From IMG/VR virus record IMGVR_UViG_3300045988_143923: 64,000 nucleotides of DNA; one strand, given 5' to 3'. This DNA is from a virus. Numbering within the stretch: the stretch's first letter is position 1; every line of letters begins with the position of its first letter. Made by a program: the position numbers and the translations under genes. Positions 36,421-45,602 of this stretch are shown here, one piece after another. The notes beneath the pieces were generated by a model. The model was not told the DNA's origin, searched no databases, and saw only the letters and a program-made list of their open reading frames with translations.

Positions 36421-37515
36421 CTATGCCCAGGAATCAAAGGAATCTTTGAGGTAAGCAGCGACTTTACTCCTGAAAACTATAGCTACAAACTTACCCGTAC
36501 CATAGCAAACATGTGTCGAGGCCGCGCTAGTCGGCAGCGTAGTCTGAATCTGAGTCCAGTTGATACCATCGGTAGAGTAAGCTGCGATATTGTTACTACT
36601 AGACATGGCTACAAACTTGCCATTGCCATAGCATACCCATTGCCAGGCTGCAGAAATCGGCATCGTAGCCTGAGTCCAGTTGATACCATCGGTAGAGTAA
36701 GCTGCAATATTACCGGTCCTAGACACGGCTACAAACTTACCATTGCCATAACAAACCGAGAGCCAGGTTTTATTAGCCGGCAACGTAGTCAGAGTCCAGT
36801 TGATGCCGTCCTTCGAGTAAGCGGCGCGATCATCAGAACCACCAACAGCCACAAACTTACCCGCACCATAGCAAACTGAATACCACCAAACCTCATCCGA
36901 AATCGTAGTCTTAGTCCAGTTAATGCCATCAGTAGAATAAGCAGCGACACCCTCTACACCACTAGCTATCGCTACAAACTTACCTGCACCATAACAAACC
37001 GAGCCCCAGTCGTAACGACTAGCAGGCATTGTAGTCTGAGTCCAGTTGATACCATCGGTAGAGTAAGCAGCGACATTATCACTGTTAGCCACAGCCACAA
37101 ACTTACCCGCACCATAGCAAACCGAGTTTCCGATTCCACTAGCAGGCATTGTAGTCTGAGTCCAGTTGATGCCATCGGTAGAATAAGCAGCGATATTGCT
37201 GCTATAATTCACAGCCACAAACTTACCCGCACCATAGCAAACCGAAAACCAGCTCTCGCTAGCAGGCATGTCGGAACTTTCCCATTTCGGTTTTTCAATA
37301 GGAACTAGAGTACCCGTTACCTTCTGGTTATTCGCATAACCGGTCAGTCCTGAGAGAATGTCTTTGGCTCCTGCAGTGGCATCAGATGTGTCGATGCCGG
37401 TCTCAATGGTGCTGATTTTACTCGCAAATTCCGATGCTTTAATAGTTCCGGTTTCCCCAGTCTTAGCTTTGATGGCGTCGGCGATAGCTTTAAGATTAGT
37501 CTCCTGAACGCTCAT
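36421..37515 (-). CDS. receptor-binding/fibre protein with BNR (Asp-box) beta-propeller repeats, paralogue 1
   Basis: ATG at 37515 overlaps the upstream TGA. Six to seven AAYSTDGINWTQTTMP...SVCYGAGKFVAV repeats. It ends in TAG. Confidence 0.65.
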   Translation of the reverse strand: MSVQETNLKAIADAIKAKTGETGTIKASEFASKISTIETGIDTSDATAGAKDILSGLTGYANNQKVTGTLVPIEKPKWESSDMPASESWFSVCYGAGKFVAVNYSSNIAAYSTDGINWTQTTMPASGIGNSVCYGAGKFVAVANSDNVAAYSTDGINWTQTTMPASRYDWGSVCYGAGKFVAIASGVEGVAAYSTDGINWTKTTISDEVWWYSVCYGAGKFVAVGGSDDRAAYSKDGINWTLTTLPANKTWLSVCYGNGKFVAVSRTGNIAAYSTDGINWTQATMPISAAWQWVCYGNGKFVAMSSSNNIAAYSTDGINWTQIQTTLPTSAASTHVCYGTGKFVAIVFRSKVAAYLKDSFDSWA

Positions 37516-37784
37516 CAATAGCTCGCCTCCCAAGTGTCTTGAATAGCCACCTGAATAGCAGAATCGGTATACGCCTTAGCATTAGCTAAAGATTGCGCGG
37601 TTAAACCTTTCACATCTGCCGCATTCGGAATCTGTGTGTTCTTGCCATCAGCGTTGCCGGTATACAGCCGCTTTTCATTGGTTACATACGCAACCTTGCC
37701 CTCTTCCAGCGATGGCAAACCGGATTTAGGGCCAGTATAATCGACGGTGCTTTCGCCCGTCGGAAATGCCGAAATAATAGGCAT
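37515..37784 (-). CDS. hypothetical tail protein
   Basis: 89-aa ORF. Confidence 0.5.
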   Translation of the reverse strand: MPIISAFPTGESTVDYTGPKSGLPSLEEGKVAYVTNEKRLYTGNADGKNTQIPNAADVKGLTAQSLANAKAYTDSAIQVAIQDTWEASY

Positions 37785-37796
37785 ATTTCTACCTCC

Positions 37797-38201
37797 TTAA
37801 CCTAAAATAACAACCACAGCAGGAATATCCACCGTGGGCTTCTTGCCGTCGCAGTTCAGAGTAAGCAATCCATCAGCCTGCGCCGCAATCGAAAGCTGAG
37901 CCTTGCGGACAGCTGTACGCTGATCTGCCGTCGCACCGCTTGCAATCGCAATAGAGCCATTGGTATCAGCCTTCAGATTTGCTACTGCAACCTGTTGCGA
38001 AAATGGCGCGGCGTCGCCAGTCCAACCATCGGCCGTCAGCGTAATTTCAACCGAACGGCTTTGCTCAGCCTTTCCGGAAAGGGCGGCATCGATCTTCACC
38101 ATATTGGAATTGGACTCGGACGCCATCTGTTCGCGCCAGTCCTTGAATTTAGTCCCTGCATCATCTGTGACGAACAGGTCGTAGTTAGGTGTTCTGCTCA
38201 T
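37797..38201 (-). CDS. tail-fibre-associated protein
   Basis: The C-terminus KKPTVDIPAVVVILG is homologous to that of 28967..29515. Confidence 0.5.
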   Translation of the reverse strand: MSRTPNYDLFVTDDAGTKFKDWREQMASESNSNMVKIDAALSGKAEQSRSVEITLTADGWTGDAAPFSQQVAVANLKADTNGSIAIASGATADQRTAVRKAQLSIAAQADGLLTLNCDGKKPTVDIPAVVVILG

Positions 38202-38216
38202 CTCACACCGCCTTTC

Positions 38217-39434
38217 TTACAAAACCACATAATCTAAGTTGTCGAGCGTCATCGTGTCTATGTCAGCCAGAGACCTATCATCAACCTCAGACAGCAGCCG
38301 ATATCTCCGAATCAGCTCCTCAATCGCACAGCCAAGTACCATAACAGAAGCTAGCTCAGGAGAAGAACCAGTCAACGCCGCGTCACACGCAGCCGCGATA
38401 ACACTATCGGAATCAGCGTGTTCTCTCTTTTCGAGCAGAAAATGGCCGGCGGCCGTATTCTCTATCTGGACAGCATTTTCAAAGCCGCCGAGCGGAAAGT
38501 GTTCCTCAAGCTCGCCGAGTTTCGCTGTGATCTCCATGCCGGAGCTGCCGCCGGAGAAATAGTTGTAGCACAGGTTGGTAACTGCCGCAGAAACTACGGT
38601 TTGAGTCTCTGCACCCACGGCATATGTCAGTAAAAACTGAACCGGAAACGCGACCGGAATTACGGAAGTCTCAGTCTGCAGAAAACTATTCTTTGCTATT
38701 TCTACAACCGTAGAACCAAGAGCAAAAGAAGAAGCGCCGCCGCCCAGAGAGTAAAGAATCTCCACCTGCAGCGGTGCCGCGTAAGGCTCCATCGCTGTCA
38801 TGCCGCCATCAGAGAAAAGCTGATAGCATAAACTTTGCAATTTTGCCTGAAAATGCAATGCGTTCTCGGCTTTGTCGAATTTGTGGCTCCAAGTCTGCTG
38901 AACTTCTGCGGAGAAGGGAAGTGCGCCGGTTGCTTTTTCAAGCGTCTGCTTAGTCTCCTGCGCGGTGGTCTGAATCTCCAAACCATTCTCCGTGCCGGAG
39001 AGCTTTTTGCGTACTTCCATATTCAGCTTGTCTACTGCCAGAACAACAACGTCATCAGCCTGTTCGAAGGTCTCAGCGTGCAGTTCGGTCGGCTCGCTGT
39101 GAATCGTGAGCGCGTTAGGGAAGGAGCTCAGAATCTTGTGAGAGGTGAGCTCCGCCTTGCTGTCAATAACAAGCGCGTTCATGCCGCGTTCCATAACGTG
39201 TCGCAGAATCTGGTCAATCTCCGAATGGATAACCACGCCTTCATCTACAGAGAAAAGGCCGGTCAGATAAGTATCGACCACATGGCTGTCTACGATGATT
39301 GCGTCATATACCTCGCCGACATATTCACGGAAGGGGATAGAGGATATCGTCAGGTCACATTCGGTGTAACGAGACTTGGTGACCAGATCAATGTCGATCA
39401 GCCGGTCACGAAGATAGAGTTTATAATCCTTCAT
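38217..39434 (-). CDS. hypothetical structural protein
   Basis: 405-aa ORF in the tail operon. Confidence 0.5.
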   Translation of the reverse strand: MKDYKLYLRDRLIDIDLVTKSRYTECDLTISSIPFREYVGEVYDAIIVDSHVVDTYLTGLFSVDEGVVIHSEIDQILRHVMERGMNALVIDSKAELTSHKILSSFPNALTIHSEPTELHAETFEQADDVVVLAVDKLNMEVRKKLSGTENGLEIQTTAQETKQTLEKATGALPFSAEVQQTWSHKFDKAENALHFQAKLQSLCYQLFSDGGMTAMEPYAAPLQVEILYSLGGGASSFALGSTVVEIAKNSFLQTETSVIPVAFPVQFLLTYAVGAETQTVVSAAVTNLCYNYFSGGSSGMEITAKLGELEEHFPLGGFENAVQIENTAAGHFLLEKREHADSDSVIAAACDAALTGSSPELASVMVLGCAIEELIRRYRLLSEVDDRSLADIDTMTLDNLDYVVL

Positions 39435-39455
39435 GTTTGTCCCCTTATCTTAAAC

Positions 39456-39866
39456 TTAGGCGGTCGGGTTCTGAACGGACAGCTTGAGGTAATTCTCCTT
39501 GATGGTCATGATGGTAGCCGTCTCGACCGTTCTCGGCGTAGTCAGTGCGCCGTACATCAGCAGATTGCCCGCGCCGATCTCGTTGGAATCATATACAACA
39601 AAGTGGGTAACAGTGCCCCAGCCGTTGGTAGACTCGTTGAAATTGATTGCCTGCTGGTTGGTTACCAGACCGTCAACCGGCTCACCCAGACTGTTCAGCT
39701 CAACACGAGCGTAGCCTGCTGCAGTCTCCGGTTCCGTTACATTGCCGCCGGTCTCATTGGGCTCGGTCTTGCTCAGGCCGATGTAATACTTCGTCGGAAT
39801 AGCCGGCGTCTCCTTGGAACGAAATACATTGCCCGCTACAAGGTTCAGAAAATACTTAGTATTCAT
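39456..39866 (-). CDS. hypothetical structural protein
   Basis: 136-aa ORF. Confidence 0.5.
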   Translation of the reverse strand: MNTKYFLNLVAGNVFRSKETPAIPTKYYIGLSKTEPNETGGNVTEPETAAGYARVELNSLGEPVDGLVTNQQAINFNESTNGWGTVTHFVVYDSNEIGAGNLLMYGALTTPRTVETATIMTIKENYLKLSVQNPTA

Positions 39867-39878
39867 GCCTTTTCTCCT

Positions 39879-40259
39879 TTACTTGATGATTGGTTTGTCA
39901 ATATTACGCGTCACATACATGATGCCCTGATAAGGAATGTCCACATCTCCCTCGGAGCCTTTGATAGTGACCTGATAAATAAATTTCCCCGCCAGATTGA
40001 CCGTATCAGATGGTTCGAGTTCGACGCGAAGAATGTTGTCTGTCGCGTCGGTTTTGCTCTCGATGATATCCATCGTTTTGGTAATCAGCGGGGAAGATTT
40101 ATTCAGATACTCAGCTACAGAAAAGTAGCCGGTGCAGCCTCTCATGCTGAGCGGGCGGCCGTTGTCCTCAAAGTAGGTATGGAACGCCAACTGCTGTGTT
40201 GCACCGCCAACAAATGTGACGGTCGGCAGCTGATAGGGCGATTGGTCGCAAAGCGACAT
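39879..40259 (-). CDS. hypothetical structural protein
   Basis: 126-aa ORF. Confidence 0.5.
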   Translation of the reverse strand: MSLCDQSPYQLPTVTFVGGATQQLAFHTYFEDNGRPLSMRGCTGYFSVAEYLNKSSPLITKTMDIIESKTDATDNILRVELEPSDTVNLAGKFIYQVTIKGSEGDVDIPYQGIMYVTRNIDKPIIK

Positions 40260-40275
40260 AAGTTCACCGCCTTTC

Positions 40276-40440
40276 TTAGTCCGCAGAGTTGTCCTCTTCT
40301 GCGAGTTTTGAGAGTTGCTGTGCGAGGTTTCGGCAGCGCGTCAGCACTTCTGCCATGCGGATAGCATCATCGCCGCGGACTGAGATTTCCGCCAGACGAT
40401 TGTGAATCTGTGCTACTTCCGCGAGAATTTCTTTTGTCAT
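40276..40440 (-). CDS. small helical protein
   Basis: 54-aa ORF read by hand that fills the gap. Confidence 0.35.
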   Translation of the reverse strand: MTKEILAEVAQIHNRLAEISVRGDDAIRMAEVLTRCRNLAQQLSKLAEEDNSAD

Positions 40441-40450
40441 GCGTGCTCCT

Positions 40451-41353
40451 TTAGATTTGATCTATCCACTCATTCATACATCGGGCGAGCGTGGTAAAGT
40501 ACCAAGCATACACAGTGTCACCCGAGGCAACTTCGTTAATACCGGTAGAGTGACTGCGGCCAATATTATAGCGAAGTGAATTGAACCGTGTTGCAGTCAG
40601 CCTTTTATCAGATGTTGTCATTTTAGTGTCAGTATATTGGGCATATTTTGTGCTCCAAGTCTGCCCGAGCGCGTTTTCAATCTCAATAACCTTACCACAC
40701 ATATCGTTCCAGACTTTATAGGAGAAGTCTGAAAGTGCCCCTTTATTTATCAGAGCATCATACGCCGCTTTGGTCTGAGCTGCTGAAGCAGTACCGTTTG
40801 AAGAACTCCACGACCATTTAGATATGGCAGGCTTGTCTGTCGTAAATTCATCTGCGTCCAGCCATGAACCGTCAACGCGTACATTGATGGCGTAACGTGT
40901 GTTCGGCGAAAGATTTTTGTATGTTTTCGAGAAAGAAGAGCCACTCGCACTATAGTCTTGATTAACGACAGTCGTACTGGAATCATTGTACGGTCGAATC
41001 AGTACACGAATGCTTTGGCCATACGCGAGATCTTCAACATAAACAGTAACAGAGTTTGTTCCGATATTGCCGGTATAAAAATAAGGATTAAGCTCCGTTT
41101 TTGTTCGGAATTTTGCGCCAGTTTGCCATACGTTATTTACTCGGACGTTGGCGATATAAGCAGTATCAGGTTCGAGACCACCTATATCTGTGCTCATCGT
41201 TGTGCTGGTCGCAGTCGCATAATCAGTTCCCGACACGTCCGACGAATCGTCTTGTCGGCGAACGAAGAAAAACAGGTCGTCGCCCCTTTTTACGCCGCTG
41301 ACACGGACGGTAACGCTGGTAGACTCAATATTTCTTACGGAAACGGTAGCCAT
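40451..41353 (-). CDS. structural protein with two fibronectin-III-like repeats
   Basis: Tandem repeats of the form VTV.V..L..G...L.PDT.Y...VRV. Confidence 0.55.
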   Translation of the reverse strand: MATVSVRNIESTSVTVRVSGVKRGDDLFFFVRRQDDSSDVSGTDYATATSTTMSTDIGGLEPDTAYIANVRVNNVWQTGAKFRTKTELNPYFYTGNIGTNSVTVYVEDLAYGQSIRVLIRPYNDSSTTVVNQDYSASGSSFSKTYKNLSPNTRYAINVRVDGSWLDADEFTTDKPAISKWSWSSSNGTASAAQTKAAYDALINKGALSDFSYKVWNDMCGKVIEIENALGQTWSTKYAQYTDTKMTTSDKRLTATRFNSLRYNIGRSHSTGINEVASGDTVYAWYFTTLARCMNEWIDQI

Positions 41354-41365
41354 AGATCAGCCTCC

Positions 41366-44300
41366 TTATCCGAATGTAGCCGTGAGTCCATTGACCGTTG
41401 CGTGGCTAAAATCCCATGTTCCATATAATTGAACTAAGTCTTTGTTATTGATCTGTAAAAATGGATTTTCGGAAAGAGATGAAAATGCAACGGTATCTAC
41501 TGCGTCGAAAATTCGAAAAGTCTTATCTCCATTAGCTCGATAAATAACAAAATCTCCGTATGCTCCACCGTCTAACTGCAATTTAGCTCCGCCTTCAATA
41601 TTATAATAAGCACTACCATAGAATTTGCCAGCTTCAATAGTCGGAGCAGATATCTTCGTACCTGTTATGAAAGTGACCGATGGAGCTTTCGCTTCACCGT
41701 ATTGTCCATGAGCAAGTTTATAAACGTCATCCGCTGCATCTTCAGCAGCAGAGGAGGCATTATTTGCTGTCGTCTGTGCATTCTCGATCTTCTGGTCAAT
41801 CGCATCTGTTCCGGTAACCGCGCCCCAACTGATCTTACCGCTCTTAATAGTTACATTACCAGAGCTATCTACTTGAAACGCTCCGTTGCCAATATCAAGA
41901 CTAACGCCTGTGATAGTGCCACCATCTTGGCCACCTTTTAGCGTGCCGTCCAGAGTAGTAGCTTTCAAAGTGCCGCTAAAAGTACCTCCGGTCGCCTCAA
42001 TTTCGCCAGTAAACTTTCCACTTGTAGCAGTAACTTTGCCGGTAAACTCGCCGTCCTTGGCATAAACGGTGCCGTTGAAAATGCCGTCTTCGGCATAGAT
42101 ATTGCCCCGGAAATAAGCCTTGCCGTCATTGGCGTCGATGTAGAAGTTCGTACCTTTCGGAATCTTCAAGCCCTTCAGTGTGATATCGTCGTCGAACACA
42201 ATCTTTCCGTCCTCGTCGATAAACGAAGGGGTGACTGTCGTGCCGTTCGTTGTATACAGGTCTCCCTTGCCGGATGCAATGCCGTAGCGTGGGTCGATTA
42301 AAATCTTGCCGCCGCCGTCCTTCGCCAAAACAAAGGTAGAGTTATACAGCCAAGCGCCGGTAGCGTCAACCTTGAACTGCATTACACCGTCATCGTTCGG
42401 AGCCTCAATTACCAGACCGTTACCGATAAGCAGCTTGCCGCCGATGATGTCGGCATTTACGCCCCAGTGGTCGCCCAGTTCATCAGTTGCAAAGTGCCCG
42501 ATAGCAACCTTCGCGCTCTGAAATCCGTCGTCCGACATAGCAATCATGCCGTTAATAATGCGAATCTGGTACGGAGAGTCAGGCTCGCCAATATGCAGAC
42601 CAGCACCGTCGATGCGGACACTCTGATTCTTTGCGCCGATAATAGAATTGACCGCCGCGTCCAAAGAACTGTTCATGAACTCGGAAACCTTGGAAGCCTG
42701 ATTCGCCGTCTGATTGTAGGTATACTTCGCCGCGTCAAAACTGCGGCTCGAAGAATAGCTGTTCTCAATCATCTCTTTCAGGTTCGCCACGTTGTCGTGA
42801 CGCTTGAACCTGTTGGAGAAGGTGAGCGACAGCTTTTCCTGATCCTCAAAGTCGAGGTCGAATCCAATCAGAACAGGGGTGATAACCTCATCATTGTGCA
42901 GACGCAGGTAAACGCCTTTGCCGAGCTCCAGTCCCTTTCGGAACGGCTCGAACTCCTGTGCCCAGATGAAGTTGCCGGTTTCAACGCTAAACTCATAGGT
43001 CGGCGAAGCAACGTCGGCGAGCGTCTTGACCGCATGGTCGTAAAGCTCCATCTCGACGGAATACTTCTGATAGTCCGACACATTGGTTGTCATATAAAGG
43101 TCGGCCGTCGTGATATCAAACGACAGAGAAGTGCCCTCGTAGGTAATAACCTCTTTGTCGTTTACCTCGTGAATGTCATTCTTGAGGTTGGACAGCGTAC
43201 CGGTCAGCGTAATCAGACCGCTTGGTGCGTTTTTTTCACCGATTTTCATTTCGCCGCAGTATAAACTGAACACAAATTCGTCACCGGCCTTGTGTTCCAG
43301 AGTACCACGGATAATTGAAATGGACATTTTGTTCGCCGCTGTTACCACGGCAGTGCCACCAGCGATGGTGTACATCTTCTTCTTGATCTCGCCGAAGTCA
43401 ACCTGCGCGAGGGTTGAATCAGAAATAGCAATCGCGCCATTCGTCACCTTGGAGCTCTCACCGGTCACAGCGGTATCAACATCGGAAGCGACAAAGGTAT
43501 CATCCGAAAGCGGTTGCTCGATAAAGTAGTGCCGTAACAGTGCGTACTCGTCTGCGGTAAAGAAAGCCGTCAGCTTCAGCTCGTCATTCACGGCTTTGAT
43601 TTGCGCCGGATAGGAGTCGGGGTTGGAAGCGTCGAGCGTGGTCTTGATATCTGCTACCACAGCTTCTTGGTCGGCAACCTCTTTCTTTTTCTTCTCCATG
43701 TTGGCGTTGATCTCGTCGAGCTTTTTCTGCTGCGAAGCCTTACCGTCCGCGGTCGTTTCCAGAGCCAGAGCCTGAATGGTTACAGACTGCTGATTCGTCA
43801 GGTCGTCCAGTTCGGCTTTTCGGTCAACCAGTTTGGCTTGTTCGGAGAGCAGCCGCGCTGTTGCAGAAGCTCGCAGTCCGACCAATCCCTTGTAGTATTC
43901 CTGACGGTTCAGCACGCTTTTCTGCCACTCTGTCCATTTTTCGGCCAGGGCAGAAGGAATATCGCCGTTCTCAATGAAGTACGAGATGTCGTAAATCCAG
44001 TTCGTGCCGGTCGGGTTTACTTGTCGTATGTCAAGGTCGTCCGCACCGCTTGGTGTCATAGCAGTTACTAACTCATCAGTCAGTTCTGTGATATCAAGGT
44101 CGGTCACGAGGTTGTCGAACCCGAGGTAAATCGGCAGGGTAGACACATCATCGTCCGCATCATAGGCGTTGATCGTCTTATTATACACGTCGAATACAAC
44201 CACGCAGCGAAACGTATCCATTGCGTCATCATACAGAAAACTCAGCGCGTAGTCGTCATACTGGTCGAACGTGCGGTAACGTCCAATCAAAGACGGCGCA

Positions 44301-44761
44301 ACATATCCTGCCTTCCAACCGGGGGATACTTCCAGAATTCGCCCCAGAATAGTATCATCCGGCGTTGCGGGATTCCAGAAGTTAAATGTGCCCTCCTCGA
44401 GGAAGAACTGCTTGTTCTCCAGCTTCTTCTCCAGAGAGTAGCCGGTCACCGACTTAATCTCTTCGATACCGTCACCGGAGATTTCCGGCTTCATCAGCAG
44501 AAAGATGCCGTAGTGCTCGGTGCGAATCACCTTGTATCCGACTACTTTATCATAGAGCGGCGTCGGCACGCCGTCAGAATAGGCGGGCAGGTCAAAAGAG
44601 ATTTCGCTTGTCTCGGAAAAGTTAACTGTGATTTTCAGATTCGCCACGTTGGGAAGCGTGCCAATCGTGCGCTCGTCAGCCGTTTGGAGCAGCAGGGTAG
44701 GCGGCTCCGGCCGACCAAATTTGTCAAAGGCGATTTGCGTATAATCGAGATACATACACAC
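41366..44761 (-). CDS. tail-associated protein (Tal / prophage tail endopeptidase-like minor structural protein)
   Basis: 1131 aa, positioned after Dit, with an N-terminus typical of siphoviral Tal. Confidence 0.7.
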   Translation of the reverse strand: MCMYLDYTQIAFDKFGRPEPPTLLLQTADERTIGTLPNVANLKITVNFSETSEISFDLPAYSDGVPTPLYDKVVGYKVIRTEHYGIFLLMKPEISGDGIEEIKSVTGYSLEKKLENKQFFLEEGTFNFWNPATPDDTILGRILEVSPGWKAGYVAPSLIGRYRTFDQYDDYALSFLYDDAMDTFRCVVVFDVYNKTINAYDADDDVSTLPIYLGFDNLVTDLDITELTDELVTAMTPSGADDLDIRQVNPTGTNWIYDISYFIENGDIPSALAEKWTEWQKSVLNRQEYYKGLVGLRASATARLLSEQAKLVDRKAELDDLTNQQSVTIQALALETTADGKASQQKKLDEINANMEKKKKEVADQEAVVADIKTTLDASNPDSYPAQIKAVNDELKLTAFFTADEYALLRHYFIEQPLSDDTFVASDVDTAVTGESSKVTNGAIAISDSTLAQVDFGEIKKKMYTIAGGTAVVTAANKMSISIIRGTLEHKAGDEFVFSLYCGEMKIGEKNAPSGLITLTGTLSNLKNDIHEVNDKEVITYEGTSLSFDITTADLYMTTNVSDYQKYSVEMELYDHAVKTLADVASPTYEFSVETGNFIWAQEFEPFRKGLELGKGVYLRLHNDEVITPVLIGFDLDFEDQEKLSLTFSNRFKRHDNVANLKEMIENSYSSSRSFDAAKYTYNQTANQASKVSEFMNSSLDAAVNSIIGAKNQSVRIDGAGLHIGEPDSPYQIRIINGMIAMSDDGFQSAKVAIGHFATDELGDHWGVNADIIGGKLLIGNGLVIEAPNDDGVMQFKVDATGAWLYNSTFVLAKDGGGKILIDPRYGIASGKGDLYTTNGTTVTPSFIDEDGKIVFDDDITLKGLKIPKGTNFYIDANDGKAYFRGNIYAEDGIFNGTVYAKDGEFTGKVTATSGKFTGEIEATGGTFSGTLKATTLDGTLKGGQDGGTITGVSLDIGNGAFQVDSSGNVTIKSGKISWGAVTGTDAIDQKIENAQTTANNASSAAEDAADDVYKLAHGQYGEAKAPSVTFITGTKISAPTIEAGKFYGSAYYNIEGGAKLQLDGGAYGDFVIYRANGDKTFRIFDAVDTVAFSSLSENPFLQINNKDLVQLYGTWDFSHATVNGLTATFG

Positions 44762-44770
44762 AGACCTCCT

Positions 44771-45559
44771 TTATGCGCCCACGTTGTACAGCATTCTGCC
44801 GCTGATTGTGAGCTTGCCGCTGCCAGTGATTTTCAGGTGATTATCACCGCGAACCAGCCGGAAAAAATTCATATTGAACTTGTCATACAGGTTTGTATCG
44901 TGGGATTCGGTGATGATACCGGCGTTGTTATCCACTGTAATGATAGAGTCAGCCGCGGGTACGCCCGTCAGCTTAAACTCGCGCCCATTGTCATCAGCGT
45001 TCACGATAGAGAAATCAGCCGCCGTCGGTTCAATGGTCAGCACGGGTTTGATGTACTCCCGAACCGAGCTGTTGTTCCGAAAGACGATTTCAGTTTCGCC
45101 GGCCACTTCGTATGTCTCTGTGAAAGGGAAGCCGTAAGCGTAAGGGCAGTCGCAGGTGACTGTAGCCTCAAATGCGAATGGCAGCCAGCCAACAGAGATT
45201 GGCTCGAGGTTTGTAATCAGGCAGCGGTACTGATAGTCTTCCATGTCAGGCTGACAGATGGAGAGCCATTGGTATTCCTGATAACCGGTCAGCCAGAGTT
45301 GAATCTCTTGAAAGTCGTAACGGTCAAGTGGCGTTTCCGAACCAAAGACAAGGTTGAACTCCAGAGGCTTCTCGTGGTAGTTTACGCCTTGATGAATTGG
45401 TTGAACGCGGCCGGTCGTTCTCGTTTCGATGATACTGGCTTCGTTACCGAACGCCGTGTCTTCGTTGCTTTTGCTGTCCAGATCACAGATAAAAAGGTTA
45501 TATGCCAGAGACGACTCTCCGGCGAACGTGAATTCGTAGGTGTTAAACAGGTTAAGCAC
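44771..45559 (-). CDS. distal tail protein (Dit)
   Basis: 262 aa, immediately downstream of the tape measure gene, with a Dit-like N-terminus. Confidence 0.7.
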   Translation of the reverse strand: MLNLFNTYEFTFAGESSLAYNLFICDLDSKSNEDTAFGNEASIIETRTTGRVQPIHQGVNYHEKPLEFNLVFGSETPLDRYDFQEIQLWLTGYQEYQWLSICQPDMEDYQYRCLITNLEPISVGWLPFAFEATVTCDCPYAYGFPFTETYEVAGETEIVFRNNSSVREYIKPVLTIEPTAADFSIVNADDNGREFKLTGVPAADSIITVDNNAGIITESHDTNLYDKFNMNFFRLVRGDNHLKITGSGKLTISGRMLYNVGA

Positions 45560-45602
45560 CTCCTATAGAAAGGCGCGGCATGTTTCCATACCGCGCTGGC
45601 CA

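Noticed and set aside
36480-37300. Regularly spaced ~120-nt nucleotide repeats that might be a CRISPR array or a DGR variable/template repeat pair.
   Set aside because: The repeats are in-frame coding repeats (BNR-propeller blades) of one gene. There are no spacer-like unique inserts and no reverse transcriptase or adenine-specific mismatch pattern in the window.
38835-40364. 509-aa ORF on the + strand. There are similar long antisense ORFs at 11365..12291, 20233..21123, 22000..22917, 27402..28016, 42467..43264, 44513..45568, 45540..46400 and 46683..47441.
   Set aside because: Each lies antisense to genes with clear motifs or operon context. They have low-complexity R/L/V-rich translations and no RBS. 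They are shadow ORFs created by codon bias of the real genes.
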